This document shows, piece by piece, positions 26,698 to 35,749 of a stretch of 64,000 bases of DNA (position 1 is the stretch's first letter; every line of letters begins with the position of its first letter). The notes beneath the pieces were generated by a model. That model ran no database searches, was not told the origin of the DNA, and saw only the letters and a list, made by a program, of their open reading frames with translations. Position numbers and translations under genes: made by a program. This DNA comes from Deltaproteobacteria bacterium. GTDB taxonomy: Bacteria; Myxococcota_A; Polyangia; Polyangiales; Houyiibacteriaceae. The stretch covers positions 29,362 through 93,361 of the forward strand of contig SHLP01000004.1 of the NCBI GenBank assembly GCA_004283055.1, read 5' to 3'.

Positions 26698-27647
26698 GAC
26701 AACCTCACCCTCGGGTCGACCAGCCCATAGGCGAGATCGACGAAGAGGTTCACCCCGACGTAGATCACCGCAATGACGAGGACGCAGCCCTGCACGACGG
26801 GAATGTCGCGCGCGAAGAACGCGTCGAGAAAGAGCGTCCCCAGCCCGGGTCGCTCGAATATCTTTTCGGTGACGACCGTACCGGAGAGGAGCGCGCCGAG
26901 CTGCGCCGCGCCAATGGTCATGACCGGAAGCAGCGCGTTTCGAAGCGCGTGGCGCAGCAGCAAGGCCAGCGAAGGGACACCCCTGGCCCGCGCGGCGGTG
27001 ATGTATTGTTGGGCGAGGACCTCGATCATGGCCGCGCGTGTCTGGCGAGTGAGCACTGCGGCAAGCGCCGTTCCAATCGTGACCGCAGGCAGGATCAACG
27101 CTTCAGGGCCGGCGAGGTCGTCTCCAGGCAAGGGAAGCCAGCGCAGCTTGACGCCAAACGCGAGGATCAGAAGAGGACCCAGCCAGATGTTCGGGATCGC
27201 CAGGCCTGCAACGGCGAGCGTCGAAGCGACCTTGTCCCAGCCTTTGCCAGCTTGGGCCGCCGCCACCGTCCCAAGGGGGATCGCGACGAACCAGGCCACC
27301 AGCAAGGCGGAGATCGCGAGCACGATGGTGTACGGCAAGACGGCGCCCATCAACGACCAGACCGAGCGATCGGGTTGTCGAAAAGAGGTGCCCATGCTGC
27401 CGTCGGCCATGTTTCCGAGGAAGGACAGATACTGCTCTCCAACGGGCCGGTCGAGCTCGAGGGCCCGGCGAAGCTCGGCCTTCTCCTCTGGGCCGGCCTG
27501 GTCTCCGAGGATCGCCTCGACCGGATCACCCGGAATCAAACGCACCAGTAAGAAGACGATCGTCACGAGGCCCACGATGGTCAGAAGCGCACGCAGAAGG
27601 CGACCCGCGACGTACCGAAAGAGGCCCGGAGACATCATCCGGACCAT
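26694..27647 (-). CDS. ABC transporter permease, DppB/OppB type
   Basis: 317 aa. N-terminal FRYVAGRLLRALLTIVGLVTIVFLL...IPGDP and YITAARARGVPSLALLLRHALRNALLPV are typical of DppB/OppB. The start may be 3-4 codons downstream. Confidence 0.88.
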   Translation of the reverse strand: MVRMMSPGLFRYVAGRLLRALLTIVGLVTIVFLLVRLIPGDPVEAILGDQAGPEEKAELRRALELDRPVGEQYLSFLGNMADGSMGTSFRQPDRSVWSLMGAVLPYTIVLAISALLVAWFVAIPLGTVAAAQAGKGWDKVASTLAVAGLAIPNIWLGPLLILAFGVKLRWLPLPGDDLAGPEALILPAVTIGTALAAVLTRQTRAAMIEVLAQQYITAARARGVPSLALLLRHALRNALLPVMTIGAAQLGALLSGTVVTEKIFERPGLGTLFLDAFFARDIPVVQGCVLVIAVIYVGVNLFVDLAYGLVDPRVRLS

Positions 27648-27690
27648 AGTACGCCCAATCCTCGTTTGCGTCGGTTTCCTGTCGAGGGGG

Positions 27691-28149
27691 CTACATGCCC
27701 GCGTCGGCCTCGGACGCCGAGGCTGGGGCGTTCTCGGTCAGAGCTACGCAGATCTGCGCTTCGGCCCTGAAGCGGTTGAGGTCGATGATGCGCGCAACCC
27801 GCTCCTCCACCGGGAGCGCAGTTGGGCTAAAGCCGCCGCTTTGCGTGATGTTTTCGGGGAACACGCAGCTGTACTCGCCGCGGTTGCAGCTCGTGCTGGG
27901 GTCGCAGGTTTTCATGCACCAGGTCTCCGCGGTGCGGCTCGGGACGAATCGCCACTCCACGCAGGCCCCTTCCGGACAGGTGTCCGCGTCACAGGCAAAG
28001 ACCGTGCAATAGCCGCCGGGCTGGGACCGATCGCACTGAAGCTCGCCGGTCGGCGAGCAGTCGACCGAGCTCCCGCAGGAGTCTCCGATGTGGTTATTGC
28101 AGGCGGTCAGTGCCAGAACGGCAAGCAATGAGGTGATCGCGCGTTGCAT
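27691..28149 (-). CDS. Cys-rich lipoprotein (hypothetical)
   Basis: I start it at the ATG at 28149. Lipobox LLAVLALTAC. About 12 further cysteines occur within ~90 aa (CGSSVDC...QCD...GYCTVFACDADTCPEGAC...). No family recognised. Confidence 0.65.
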   Translation of the reverse strand: MQRAITSLLAVLALTACNNHIGDSCGSSVDCSPTGELQCDRSQPGGYCTVFACDADTCPEGACVEWRFVPSRTAETWCMKTCDPSTSCNRGEYSCVFPENITQSGGFSPTALPVEERVARIIDLNRFRAEAQICVALTENAPASASEADAGM

Positions 28150-28233
28150 CGTCAGCGGCGGAGCATACGGGACCCGCCGGGCGATCGCCAATCGCTCTGC
28201 GTCTGCGCGAATGAGTGTTAGATTCCCCGCGGA

Positions 28234-30348
28234 TTGGGACGTTTTTGGCTGGGAGTGGGGTGCCTATGGCTGCTCGGCGCTGGGGCGCTGGCCGCAGATG
28301 GGCTCGAGCGTCTTGCGTCCTTGGTCCGCACCGGCGACGAGCGTGGGGCGCTTCGAGAGCTGGCCCTCCTCCCCGAACGCCAACGAGACGAGGACGCCGT
28401 ACGCTACCTCGAGGGACGGCTACTCTTGGCGGTCGGCCGCTCATGCGAGGCGATGGCTACTCTGGCGCGAACCCCGTCGACCCTCCCCGAGTCGCTTCGG
28501 GATGATTCGGTGCGCCGATGGGCGACCGCCGCCGCAGAGTGCGGAAATTGCACCGAAGCTCGACCGCTGCTTCTACGAGCCAGCGCCGCTAGCGTCGCGA
28601 TCAGTCGCCGGAATCGCGCGATCGCGGCGACCTGCGCCGTACAGCTCGGAGAGCTCGAGACGGCCGCCAAAGAGCTACGTAGCCTGACTCGGTCCAAGCG
28701 CGGCGTCGCCAACCGAGTCGCTCTGCTCGCCATCTTGTCCGATGTCTACGTCGAGCTCCAGCGCCCCGATGATGCCCGTGACGCGGCGCTCGCGGCCTGG
28801 ATTGCCGCCGTTCAGCCGGGGCAGCGAGCTGCCGCGCTCAAGCTGGAACAGCGCGCCGCCCCAAGCGCAGCCGATCGAATCGAGCGCGCCGAGGCCATGG
28901 TCGCCGCGCTCCGCTTCAGCGCTGCGGTCAATGAGCTCGAAGCGATCGAGCTCGAACCGGACTCGGAGCTCAGCGCGCGATGGCATCACGTGTACGGGAT
29001 GGCGCTCTTCCGAAGCCGCAACCGGTACCTCGACGCTGCGCGCACGCTGCATCGCTCGGCCTTACTCGGCGGCGAGCAGGCGATCGAAGACGCCTTCCAT
29101 TCGGCGCGAGCCCTCTCGCGTGCGGATCAGGATGCCAGGGCGATTCGCGCCTACCGACGCTTCGCCAGGAGCTTCCCTCGGCACAAGCGGGCCGCCGAGG
29201 CTCGCTTCCTCGCGGCTTGGCTCGAAATTCGGCTCGGCCGCCCGAACGGCGAGAAGCAGATGGAGCGCCTGGTGCGGGGCAGCGCGCAAGTCCGCGGCCG
29301 ATGGCGTCGCGCCGCGCTTTGGGAGCTCGGCTTTCGCGCCTTCGAGATGCGACGATACGCGCGGGCCGCTCGATTTCTGAGCCGGTACACGCTGCTCGCA
29401 ACCGGCGCGATGGATGAAGCGCGGGGCTACTATTGGCTCGGCCGAGCCTATCGTCGCGGCCCCAAGGCGGTCGACGCCTACCGCAAGGCAATCGCGGTCG
29501 AGCCCTTGCATTGGTACGCTGTCCTGGCCGCTTCGCGCCTGAAAAGGCTGCAGATCGAGCCGCCGAATCCCTTCGAAGACGCCATCGCACCGAGCTCGGT
29601 AGACGTGCCGAACGAGAGGCTGCCGCTGCCCGGGACCTTCGAGGTCTATCGCAGCCTCGGCCTCGACCTCGACGGCATCGCTTGGCTAAAGGCGCACGCG
29701 AACGAGCTCGTTGCCGGCCAGCCCACGTCACGGCACATCCCGCTCTTGACCGCGCTGTATCGCGATGCGGGCGCCTATCGAGAAGCGCTTCTGGCTGCGC
29801 GTCGGCGCATGGTCTACCTCCAAAGCGACCCGTCCCAGCACCGATGGTGGTGGGACGCCGCCTACCCGATGCCCTGGCGGTCCGTCGTCGACGAGCATCG
29901 CGGGGAGCTGCCCCGTGCGCTGATCTACGCAACGATGCGACAAGAAAGCGGGTTCCGCCCAGAGGTGGTCAGCAGAGCCGGTGCGGTTGGGCTCATGCAG
30001 ATCATGCCGGAGCTGGCGAGCAAGTTGACCGGAAAGGCCGTCACGCGCCCGATGCTTCGCGTTCCGGAAAAGAACATCGAGCTCGGGCTCGAAGAGATGG
30101 CGGCGCTGGCGACGGAATTCGGTCAGGTCTATCCACTGAGCATCGCAGCGTACAATGCAGGAAAGAGTCGCGTGAAACGCTGGCTCAAGGAAAGCCGAAA
30201 GATGGAGCTCGATCGTTTCGTCGAGCGCATCCCTTTCAACGAGACACGCAACTACGTCCGTCGCGTGAGCACGCACTATGCCCGCTACGCGTACCTGGAC
30301 GACCCAGACTCGGGTTGGCCCGAGCTGCCTGCCTTCGTTAACCCTTGA
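28234..30348 (+). CDS. Soluble lytic murein transglycosylase (Slt70-like: superhelical N-domain plus SLT domain)
   Basis: Signal peptide CLWLLGAGALAADG. Long TPR-like helical region. Catalytic SLT motif ATMRQESGFRPEVVSRAGAVGLMQIMP...AAYNAG. The start is TTG at 28234 or GTG at 28255. Confidence 0.88.
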   Translation: MGRFWLGVGCLWLLGAGALAADGLERLASLVRTGDERGALRELALLPERQRDEDAVRYLEGRLLLAVGRSCEAMATLARTPSTLPESLRDDSVRRWATAAAECGNCTEARPLLLRASAASVAISRRNRAIAATCAVQLGELETAAKELRSLTRSKRGVANRVALLAILSDVYVELQRPDDARDAALAAWIAAVQPGQRAAALKLEQRAAPSAADRIERAEAMVAALRFSAAVNELEAIELEPDSELSARWHHVYGMALFRSRNRYLDAARTLHRSALLGGEQAIEDAFHSARALSRADQDARAIRAYRRFARSFPRHKRAAEARFLAAWLEIRLGRPNGEKQMERLVRGSAQVRGRWRRAALWELGFRAFEMRRYARAARFLSRYTLLATGAMDEARGYYWLGRAYRRGPKAVDAYRKAIAVEPLHWYAVLAASRLKRLQIEPPNPFEDAIAPSSVDVPNERLPLPGTFEVYRSLGLDLDGIAWLKAHANELVAGQPTSRHIPLLTALYRDAGAYREALLAARRRMVYLQSDPSQHRWWWDAAYPMPWRSVVDEHRGELPRALIYATMRQESGFRPEVVSRAGAVGLMQIMPELASKLTGKAVTRPMLRVPEKNIELGLEEMAALATEFGQVYPLSIAAYNAGKSRVKRWLKESRKMELDRFVERIPFNETRNYVRRVSTHYARYAYLDDPDSGWPELPAFVNP

Positions 30349-30458
30349 TTTGCCACGCCCCTGCCGTTCGATAGACTGTTGTCAACGATTTGGGTTGCCT
30401 GGGATCGGGTGGAAGGCCAATACCTGGTTGGAGCCTCTCGCCGGGCCTGAGAACACGG

Positions 30459-31232
30459 ATGAACTTCACAGCTGCAGGGCTCTCTGACGTCGGACTTCAG
30501 CGAGAGCACAACGAAGATAGCTACTGCATTCTGTCGGAGCATCGGCTGTTCGTGGTCGCCGACGGGATGGGCGGCCACCGGGCAGGTGACATCGCGAGCC
30601 GCATGGCGACCTCCGAAATGACTGCCTACTTCGATGCAGCCAACGCCGATGGCGCGGGAGTGCAATGGCCTAGTGAGAGCGACTCGCGATTGACCCCGGA
30701 CCAGAGCCGCCTCGTCTCGGCGGTGAAGCTGGCGAATCAGCGAATCTTCAACGCATCCATTCGCAACCGCTCGGTCCAGGGCATGGGTACGACCATCGTC
30801 GGTGTCCTGTTCAATCGAGATGACTGCAAGATCAACGTCGCCCATGTCGGCGATAGCAGGGCGTACCGTATTCGCGCAGAAGAGATCGCTCAGCTCACGC
30901 GCGATCATTCCCTCTTGAACGACTATCTGCTGGTCATGCCCAATCTCTCGGACGCGCAAAAAGAACGGCTGCCGAGCAATGTCATCACACGCGCGCTCGG
31001 CATGCAGCAGGCGGTCGCGGTCGATGTATCCGTCGACGACGTAAAGCCAGGGGATGTGTACCTTCTGTGCTCCGACGGCCTCAACGGAATGGTGGGAGAC
31101 GAGCGCATCCGCGAAATCATTCGCAACGCCGGCCCGGACGTCGAAACCGCGGCGAAAACACTCATCTCTGAAGCCAATCAGAACGGCGGCGAAGACAACA
31201 TTACAGTCGTCGTCGTCAGAATATCCGAATAA
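30459..31232 (+). CDS. PP2C-family Ser/Thr protein phosphatase
   Basis: MNFTAAGLSDVGLQREHNEDSY...FVVADGMGGHRAGDIAS...GTTIVGV...VGDSRAY...CSDGL...GGEDNITVVVV carries all PPM motifs. The ATG at 30459 is preferred over the ORF-track start. Confidence 0.9.
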   Translation: MNFTAAGLSDVGLQREHNEDSYCILSEHRLFVVADGMGGHRAGDIASRMATSEMTAYFDAANADGAGVQWPSESDSRLTPDQSRLVSAVKLANQRIFNASIRNRSVQGMGTTIVGVLFNRDDCKINVAHVGDSRAYRIRAEEIAQLTRDHSLLNDYLLVMPNLSDAQKERLPSNVITRALGMQQAVAVDVSVDDVKPGDVYLLCSDGLNGMVGDERIREIIRNAGPDVETAAKTLISEANQNGGEDNITVVVVRISE

Positions 31233-31234
31233 CC

Positions 31235-31729
31235 ATGCCCAAAAACGTCGCGATTCGGCAACTGCTGGACTGCTCTGAGCAGGAATTCTGGGATCGAATC
31301 TTCCGCTGTGAGGAGTTCAATCAGTACCTCTACGAGGGTCTCGGCTTCGAATACGAGCTCGAGGAATGGGACGCGGAGACCGGCTACCGTCGCGCCAAGG
31401 TCTGCCCAGCGCAGCAGATGCCGCGCGCGGTCGCGCGGGTCTTGGGCGAACGCTTCAGCTACGTCGAAGAGGGCACGCTCGATCGCTTGACCGGGAACTA
31501 CCGGTTCGTCGTCATCCCCTCGACCAGCGCGGGTCGGATTCGAGTCCAGGGAACGGTGAGCATCGTGGCCGTCTCGCCGGAGCAGTGCGAGCGCCTCGTG
31601 ACTCTCGAAATCGGCGCTGACGTTCTGGGCTTGGGCCGCCTGATCGAAACGTATTTCGCGGCGACGACCCGTGCGCAGTACGCCAAGAACGCAGCGCTCG
31701 TGAACGACTATCTGGCCGGATTGCGCTAG
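31235..31729 (+). CDS. Hypothetical protein, SRPBCC/DUF2505-like
   Basis: 164 aa, starting 3 nt after the PP2C stop. The pattern (FWDRIF...YL...WD...R...V, followed by a long C-terminal helix) resembles DUF2505. Assignment from memory. Confidence 0.6.
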   Translation: MPKNVAIRQLLDCSEQEFWDRIFRCEEFNQYLYEGLGFEYELEEWDAETGYRRAKVCPAQQMPRAVARVLGERFSYVEEGTLDRLTGNYRFVVIPSTSAGRIRVQGTVSIVAVSPEQCERLVTLEIGADVLGLGRLIETYFAATTRAQYAKNAALVNDYLAGLR

Positions 31730-33444
31730 CGGCCCGCGGGGCGCCCGCCCTTGCGAGGATCGCTGGCGGCTTCGAGCCTACGCTGGCCCACCTGCTCGAG
31801 GTGAATCAGCTGCACGTTCGCGACGTTGTGAATCGGCTCGACCACGTGACCGAGAGCTTCGAGCTCGGCTCGAAGCGCAGGGTCCAGGGGAGCTACCTTT
31901 TCGACGCGGAGCGTTTCGGGTACCGCCTGATGGTGAATGCGCGGCGCTGCCACGGCGTCCGCGGCGCTCATGCCGTGCAGCAAGACATTCATCGCCACCT
32001 GCTGCGCCGCGGTCACGATGCGGCTTCCTCCCGACGCGCCCACGCACAGGACGGGCGTGCCCCGATCGAGCACGATGGTCGGCGACATCGTCGATACCGG
32101 GCGCTTCCAGGGTCCCGGCAGGTTTCGAGCCCCCCCTACGAGGCCGAAGGCATTGGCCTTGCCGATGCCGCTGGCGAAGTCATCCATCTCGTCGTTCATG
32201 ACGATGCCTCCACCCGTGAAGCGGGCTCCAAATGGCAGGTTCACCGTGGTTGTCACCGAGGCCACGTTTCCATCAGCGTCGACGACACAAAGGTGAGACG
32301 TCCCGGCGTTGTCCGGTGTGGCGACCTTGGTCCGGCTCCACTCGATCGGCAGGTCGTAGTCCGTGCTGGGGTGAGCCTTGCCGTCAGAGACCAGCTCGGA
32401 GCGCGCCGCGATCCGAGAAGAGTCCATCATCTTGTCGAGCGGCAAGATCACCTGGTCGGGGTCTCCAAAGTATCGCTGTCGGTCGAGGAACGGACCCTTC
32501 CAGGACTCCGCCATCGCATGGAGCAGTGGGGCGCCGTAGCTCGGGCTCGGTCCGACCGCCTGTTCCAGAATCGAGAGGCTTTGAATCATGGTGAAGCCTC
32601 CGGCGCTCGGTGGGGGGGCCGTGGCCCAGCGGTAGCCAAAAGCGTTCGTCTCGAGCGGCCGCCGAGTCCGCACCCTGTACGCACGCAAGTCCTGCAGGGT
32701 CATGATGCCTCCCTGCTCTTGAACCGAAGCGGCGATCTCCTGGCCGATGACCCCGCCATAGATCACCGCCGCCCCCTTTTCGGCGAAGGCGCGGAGCACA
32801 CGGGCCAGGCGCGGGCGCCGCAGGGTCGCACCTGGTCCAAGATCCCATGCGGCCATCACTGGGTCCTTGCGCAGTTGAACGGCGAACGCGCTTCCCATCG
32901 CGCTGAGCGCCTTGCTCACCTCGAAGCCATGCTCGGCGAGGCGAAGGGCGGGAGCGATCACCTCGTGCAGCGGAAGCTTGCCAAATCTTCGAACCAGCGT
33001 CTCGATGCCGGCCGGCTCTCCGGGAACCCCCGCTGCGAGCCCGCCAAGCTGTGACCGAGAGCTCGCGGGGCCTTCAGCTCGTTCACTTTCGACCTCGAAC
33101 ATCGTCTGGCTTGCGGCACGAGGCGCGCGCTCGCGGAAGTCGAGGAACGTCAACGAAGCGTCGCTTGCGCGGTAGTAGAGGGCGAATCCCCCACCGCCGA
33201 GGCCGCTGCTCGCAGGATTGACCACGCCGAGGGCGAGCATGGTCGCGGCGGCGGCGTCTGCGGCATTTCCGCCGGCGGCGAGGATCTCCGCGCCTGCCTT
33301 CGATGCTTCGACGTGGTCGGCCGCGACCGCTTCATGCTCGAATACGGCAGCGTGCTCGGGCGGGAGGCCTACGGTGAGGCCGGTGATCAGTAGCGCCGAA
33401 ACGCAGCAAAGCAGGACCGAAAACGAGCGTTTCATCCCTCCCAC
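31726..33444 (-). CDS. ggt: Gamma-glutamyltranspeptidase
   Basis: Signal peptide, then GGNAADAAAATMLALGVVNPASSGLGGGGF. Autoprocessing site TSHLCVVDADGNVASVTTTVNLPFG. Also has GGSRI. Confidence 0.93.
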   Translation of the reverse strand: MGGMKRSFSVLLCCVSALLITGLTVGLPPEHAAVFEHEAVAADHVEASKAGAEILAAGGNAADAAAATMLALGVVNPASSGLGGGGFALYYRASDASLTFLDFRERAPRAASQTMFEVESERAEGPASSRSQLGGLAAGVPGEPAGIETLVRRFGKLPLHEVIAPALRLAEHGFEVSKALSAMGSAFAVQLRKDPVMAAWDLGPGATLRRPRLARVLRAFAEKGAAVIYGGVIGQEIAASVQEQGGIMTLQDLRAYRVRTRRPLETNAFGYRWATAPPPSAGGFTMIQSLSILEQAVGPSPSYGAPLLHAMAESWKGPFLDRQRYFGDPDQVILPLDKMMDSSRIAARSELVSDGKAHPSTDYDLPIEWSRTKVATPDNAGTSHLCVVDADGNVASVTTTVNLPFGARFTGGGIVMNDEMDDFASGIGKANAFGLVGGARNLPGPWKRPVSTMSPTIVLDRGTPVLCVGASGGSRIVTAAQQVAMNVLLHGMSAADAVAAPRIHHQAVPETLRVEKVAPLDPALRAELEALGHVVEPIHNVANVQLIHLEQVGQRRLEAASDPRKGGRPAGR

Positions 33445-33483
33445 CTTGCCTCTAAACCAGCGCAGATGCTACCGCAGACTCCC

Positions 33484-34437
33484 ATGCATATCGTCTTCGT
33501 AATGGATCCCGTGTCGACGGTCATCGTCGATGAAGACACCAGCTTTGCTCTGATGCTCGAGGCGCAGGCACGCGGCCATCGCGTCGATCACTGCTTGGCG
33601 AGCGACGTCGGACTGCGGGGTCGGCGAGTCGTCGCTAGGGTTCGTCAAGCCACGATGCGAATCGATCCCGACGAGCCCATCCGCCTGGCGGAGCCTGAAG
33701 ACATCGACCTCGTGGACGTCGACGCGGTCTTCATTCGCAAAGATCCACCTTTCACCGATGCGTACCTCTGGCTCACGCTGGTCCTCGATCACCTCGAAGG
33801 TGACACCCTGGTCGTCAACGATCCGCGTGGCCTGCGCGAAGCAAACGAGAAGCTCTACGCACACCACTTCCCGGAAATCGTCCCTGCGACGATCATGACG
33901 AGCCACAAAGACGAGATAATTCGATTTCTCCGCGAGATCGGCGGCAAGGCCGTGATTAAACCGATCGACGGTCACGGCGGAGAGGGCGTGTTCCTCTTGA
34001 GTGATGGAGACAGCAATCTCAACGGACTCATCGAATCGGTGACACACTTGGGCTCACGAAACGCGATTGTGCAGGCCTTGATTCCCGAGGTGTACGATGA
34101 AGGGGACAAGCGCATTCTACTCGTAGACGGCGAGCTTCTCGGTGTGGTCGGGCGCGTTCCCAGCAAGGGCGATCTCCGGAGCAACGTGCACGTCGGTGGC
34201 TCGGCCGCACCTGCCGAGCTCAGCGACGCGGATCGAAAAATCATCGAAACCATTGCGCCGCGCTTGGTCGCCGATCGGCTCTTCTTCGTGGGCCTCGACG
34301 TCATCGGCGGGAAGCTGATCGAGGTGAACGTGACGAGTCCAACGCTGCTCCAGCAAATGTCGCGGCTCGCTGGGGAGAACTTCTCCGCGGTCGTCATCGA
34401 TAGGCTCGAGGACAAGGCGCGCTTGTACGCGAGCTGA
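33484..34437 (+). CDS. gshB: Glutathione synthetase (prokaryotic ATP-grasp type)
   Basis: MHIVFVMDPVSTVIVDEDTSFALMLEAQARGH matches the GshB N-terminus. ATP-grasp region: KPIDGHGGEGVF...DKRILLVDGE...SNVHVGG. The ATG at 33484 is preferred. Confidence 0.92.
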   Translation: MHIVFVMDPVSTVIVDEDTSFALMLEAQARGHRVDHCLASDVGLRGRRVVARVRQATMRIDPDEPIRLAEPEDIDLVDVDAVFIRKDPPFTDAYLWLTLVLDHLEGDTLVVNDPRGLREANEKLYAHHFPEIVPATIMTSHKDEIIRFLREIGGKAVIKPIDGHGGEGVFLLSDGDSNLNGLIESVTHLGSRNAIVQALIPEVYDEGDKRILLVDGELLGVVGRVPSKGDLRSNVHVGGSAAPAELSDADRKIIETIAPRLVADRLFFVGLDVIGGKLIEVNVTSPTLLQQMSRLAGENFSAVVIDRLEDKARLYAS

Positions 34438-34446
34438 GGTCCTAGC

Positions 34447-34800
34447 TCAGCTGGAAGCGATGCGCATCGCAGCCGAAGCGCCCGCGCCGGCAACGGCACC
34501 AACCGCCACCGCGACGAAGAACGCGACCATCGGGCTCATCAGGTCGAGTCCGTCGAGGACGAGCCCGGTCATACCGAAGAACGAGACGAAGAAGGTCCAG
34601 AACCTGCGCGACCGTACGGTGCGCGCGAAGTAGTCGCCGCCTGCCACTCCGTCGAGCTGTCCGAATTGACTGGCGCGCGTCGTGTCGTCATGAGCCCGCG
34701 TCTGTTCGTCGGCGTCGACGCGCTTCTCGCCGAGGAAGAGCGAAGCGCCGAGCAGTACGGCGCCGAGCACCAGTGACAGGATATAAAGGTTGATGAGCAT
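34447..34800 (-). CDS. Small hypothetical membrane protein
   Basis: 117 aa counted from the ATG at 34800. N-terminal TM LINLYILSLVLGAVLLGASLFL and two C-terminal TM helices. Begins 17 nt after the pmk stop. No family recognised. Confidence 0.5.
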   Translation of the reverse strand: MLINLYILSLVLGAVLLGASLFLGEKRVDADEQTRAHDDTTRASQFGQLDGVAGGDYFARTVRSRRFWTFFVSFFGMTGLVLDGLDLMSPMVAFFVAVAVGAVAGAGASAAMRIASS

Positions 34801-34816
34801 CTGGAGCTTCCTCTCG

Positions 34817-35749
34817 TCAACAGGCCTGCACGCCGCTTGCACCCCAGGAGACGTGGATAGGATGCAACCCTTCGTCTTTGCAAGCCAGCTCAAAGCTCTT
34901 GGCGGCTTTCGGCTCCACGAAGAAGGCGATCGCTACGTCGCCGCCGCCGGCGCCGCATGGCTTTGCGCTCCCAGAATACTCGGCTGCAAGCTCGGCTGCA
35001 CGCCGGAGGCGGTCTTCGAGGATCGGAGCCCCAGCCGCATCGCCGAGCGCACCCATACCCGCGCAGTAGGCCGCGGCCTCCGCTACGACGCTCAGCGCGT
35101 CCCCCAACTCGAAGGCGGAAGCAAAACGTGTACTCAGGTCGACGAGGCGCTCCATCGATGCGTCGTACCGACCCGGGTCGTTGCGCTGAAGCTCCTTCAC
35201 CTTCCTCAGAAGCTCACTCGTCCGTGCCGCCTGGCCGGTCCAAATCAAGCGGATGTGCAGCTCGTCGGGGGCGGCTAGCGTACGCGTCACCACGCGATCG
35301 CCCTCGCGCTCGAAGCGCAGGAAACCCCCGAAGGTCGAGGCGGCGACATCAACGCCGCTGCCCTGTGGAGCGATGGACGCATGGCCGTCGAAGGCACAGG
35401 CAAACAACCGTTGCAAGGTCTCTCGGTCGTTGAGGTCCCGACCATGGGAGGCGAAGACGGCGCCGGCCGCCGCGGCGGCGGCTGCAGCGGATGAGCCCAG
35501 GCCGAGCTTGATGCGTTCCCGATGAAGCTCGTTCGCGTCCACCTTCAGCGATCGATGCACCGGTCCGAGCTCGGCCTCAGCCAAGCGAAGCGCCGCCTCC
35601 ACCTCTGGGGACATCGCCACCAGCTCGTCCTTCCAAGTCACCCTGACCCGTCGATCGACCGCGGCGACGACTGCGGGCGCGCCTTCGAGCACCGCGTACT
35701 CGCCGCAAAGGAGCGCTTTGCCCGGGGCGCTGGCGCCCGTGGGCGTCAC
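34817..35749 (-). CDS. Phosphomevalonate kinase (GHMP kinase family)
   Basis: APGKALLCGEYAVLEGAPAV N-terminus. GHMP motif KLGLGSSAAAAAAAAGAV. Follows mvk-mvaD. Overlaps mvaD by 4 nt. Confidence 0.8.
   Translation of the reverse strand: MTPTGASAPGKALLCGEYAVLEGAPAVVAAVDRRVRVTWKDELVAMSPEVEAALRLAEAELGPVHRSLKVDANELHRERIKLGLGSSAAAAAAAAGAVFASHGRDLNDRETLQRLFACAFDGHASIAPQGSGVDVAASTFGGFLRFEREGDRVVTRTLAAPDELHIRLIWTGQAARTSELLRKVKELQRNDPGRYDASMERLVDLSTRFASAFELGDALSVVAEAAAYCAGMGALGDAAGAPILEDRLRRAAELAAEYSGSAKPCGAGGGDVAIAFFVEPKAAKSFELACKDEGLHPIHVSWGASGVQAC

Noticed and set aside
26773-28131. A 452-aa plus-strand ORF antisense to the DppB-type permease and the Cys-rich lipoprotein.
   Set aside because: It has a Ser/Arg/Pro/Ala-rich composition and no recognisable domain. 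It is opposite well-supported genes, so it is a GC shadow. The same reasoning applies to 31801-33054, 36711-37937, 46793-47815, 48334-49476, 56850-57947, 58957-59970, 4610-5647, 50218-51174, 21320-22340 and 28970-29932.
35461-35490. A GCN-rich tract (gccgccgcggcggcggctgcagcgg) that looks like a simple repeat.
   Set aside because: It encodes the poly-Ala stretch within the GHMP motif region (GSSAAAAAAAAGAV) of phosphomevalonate kinase. It is not an independent repeat element.
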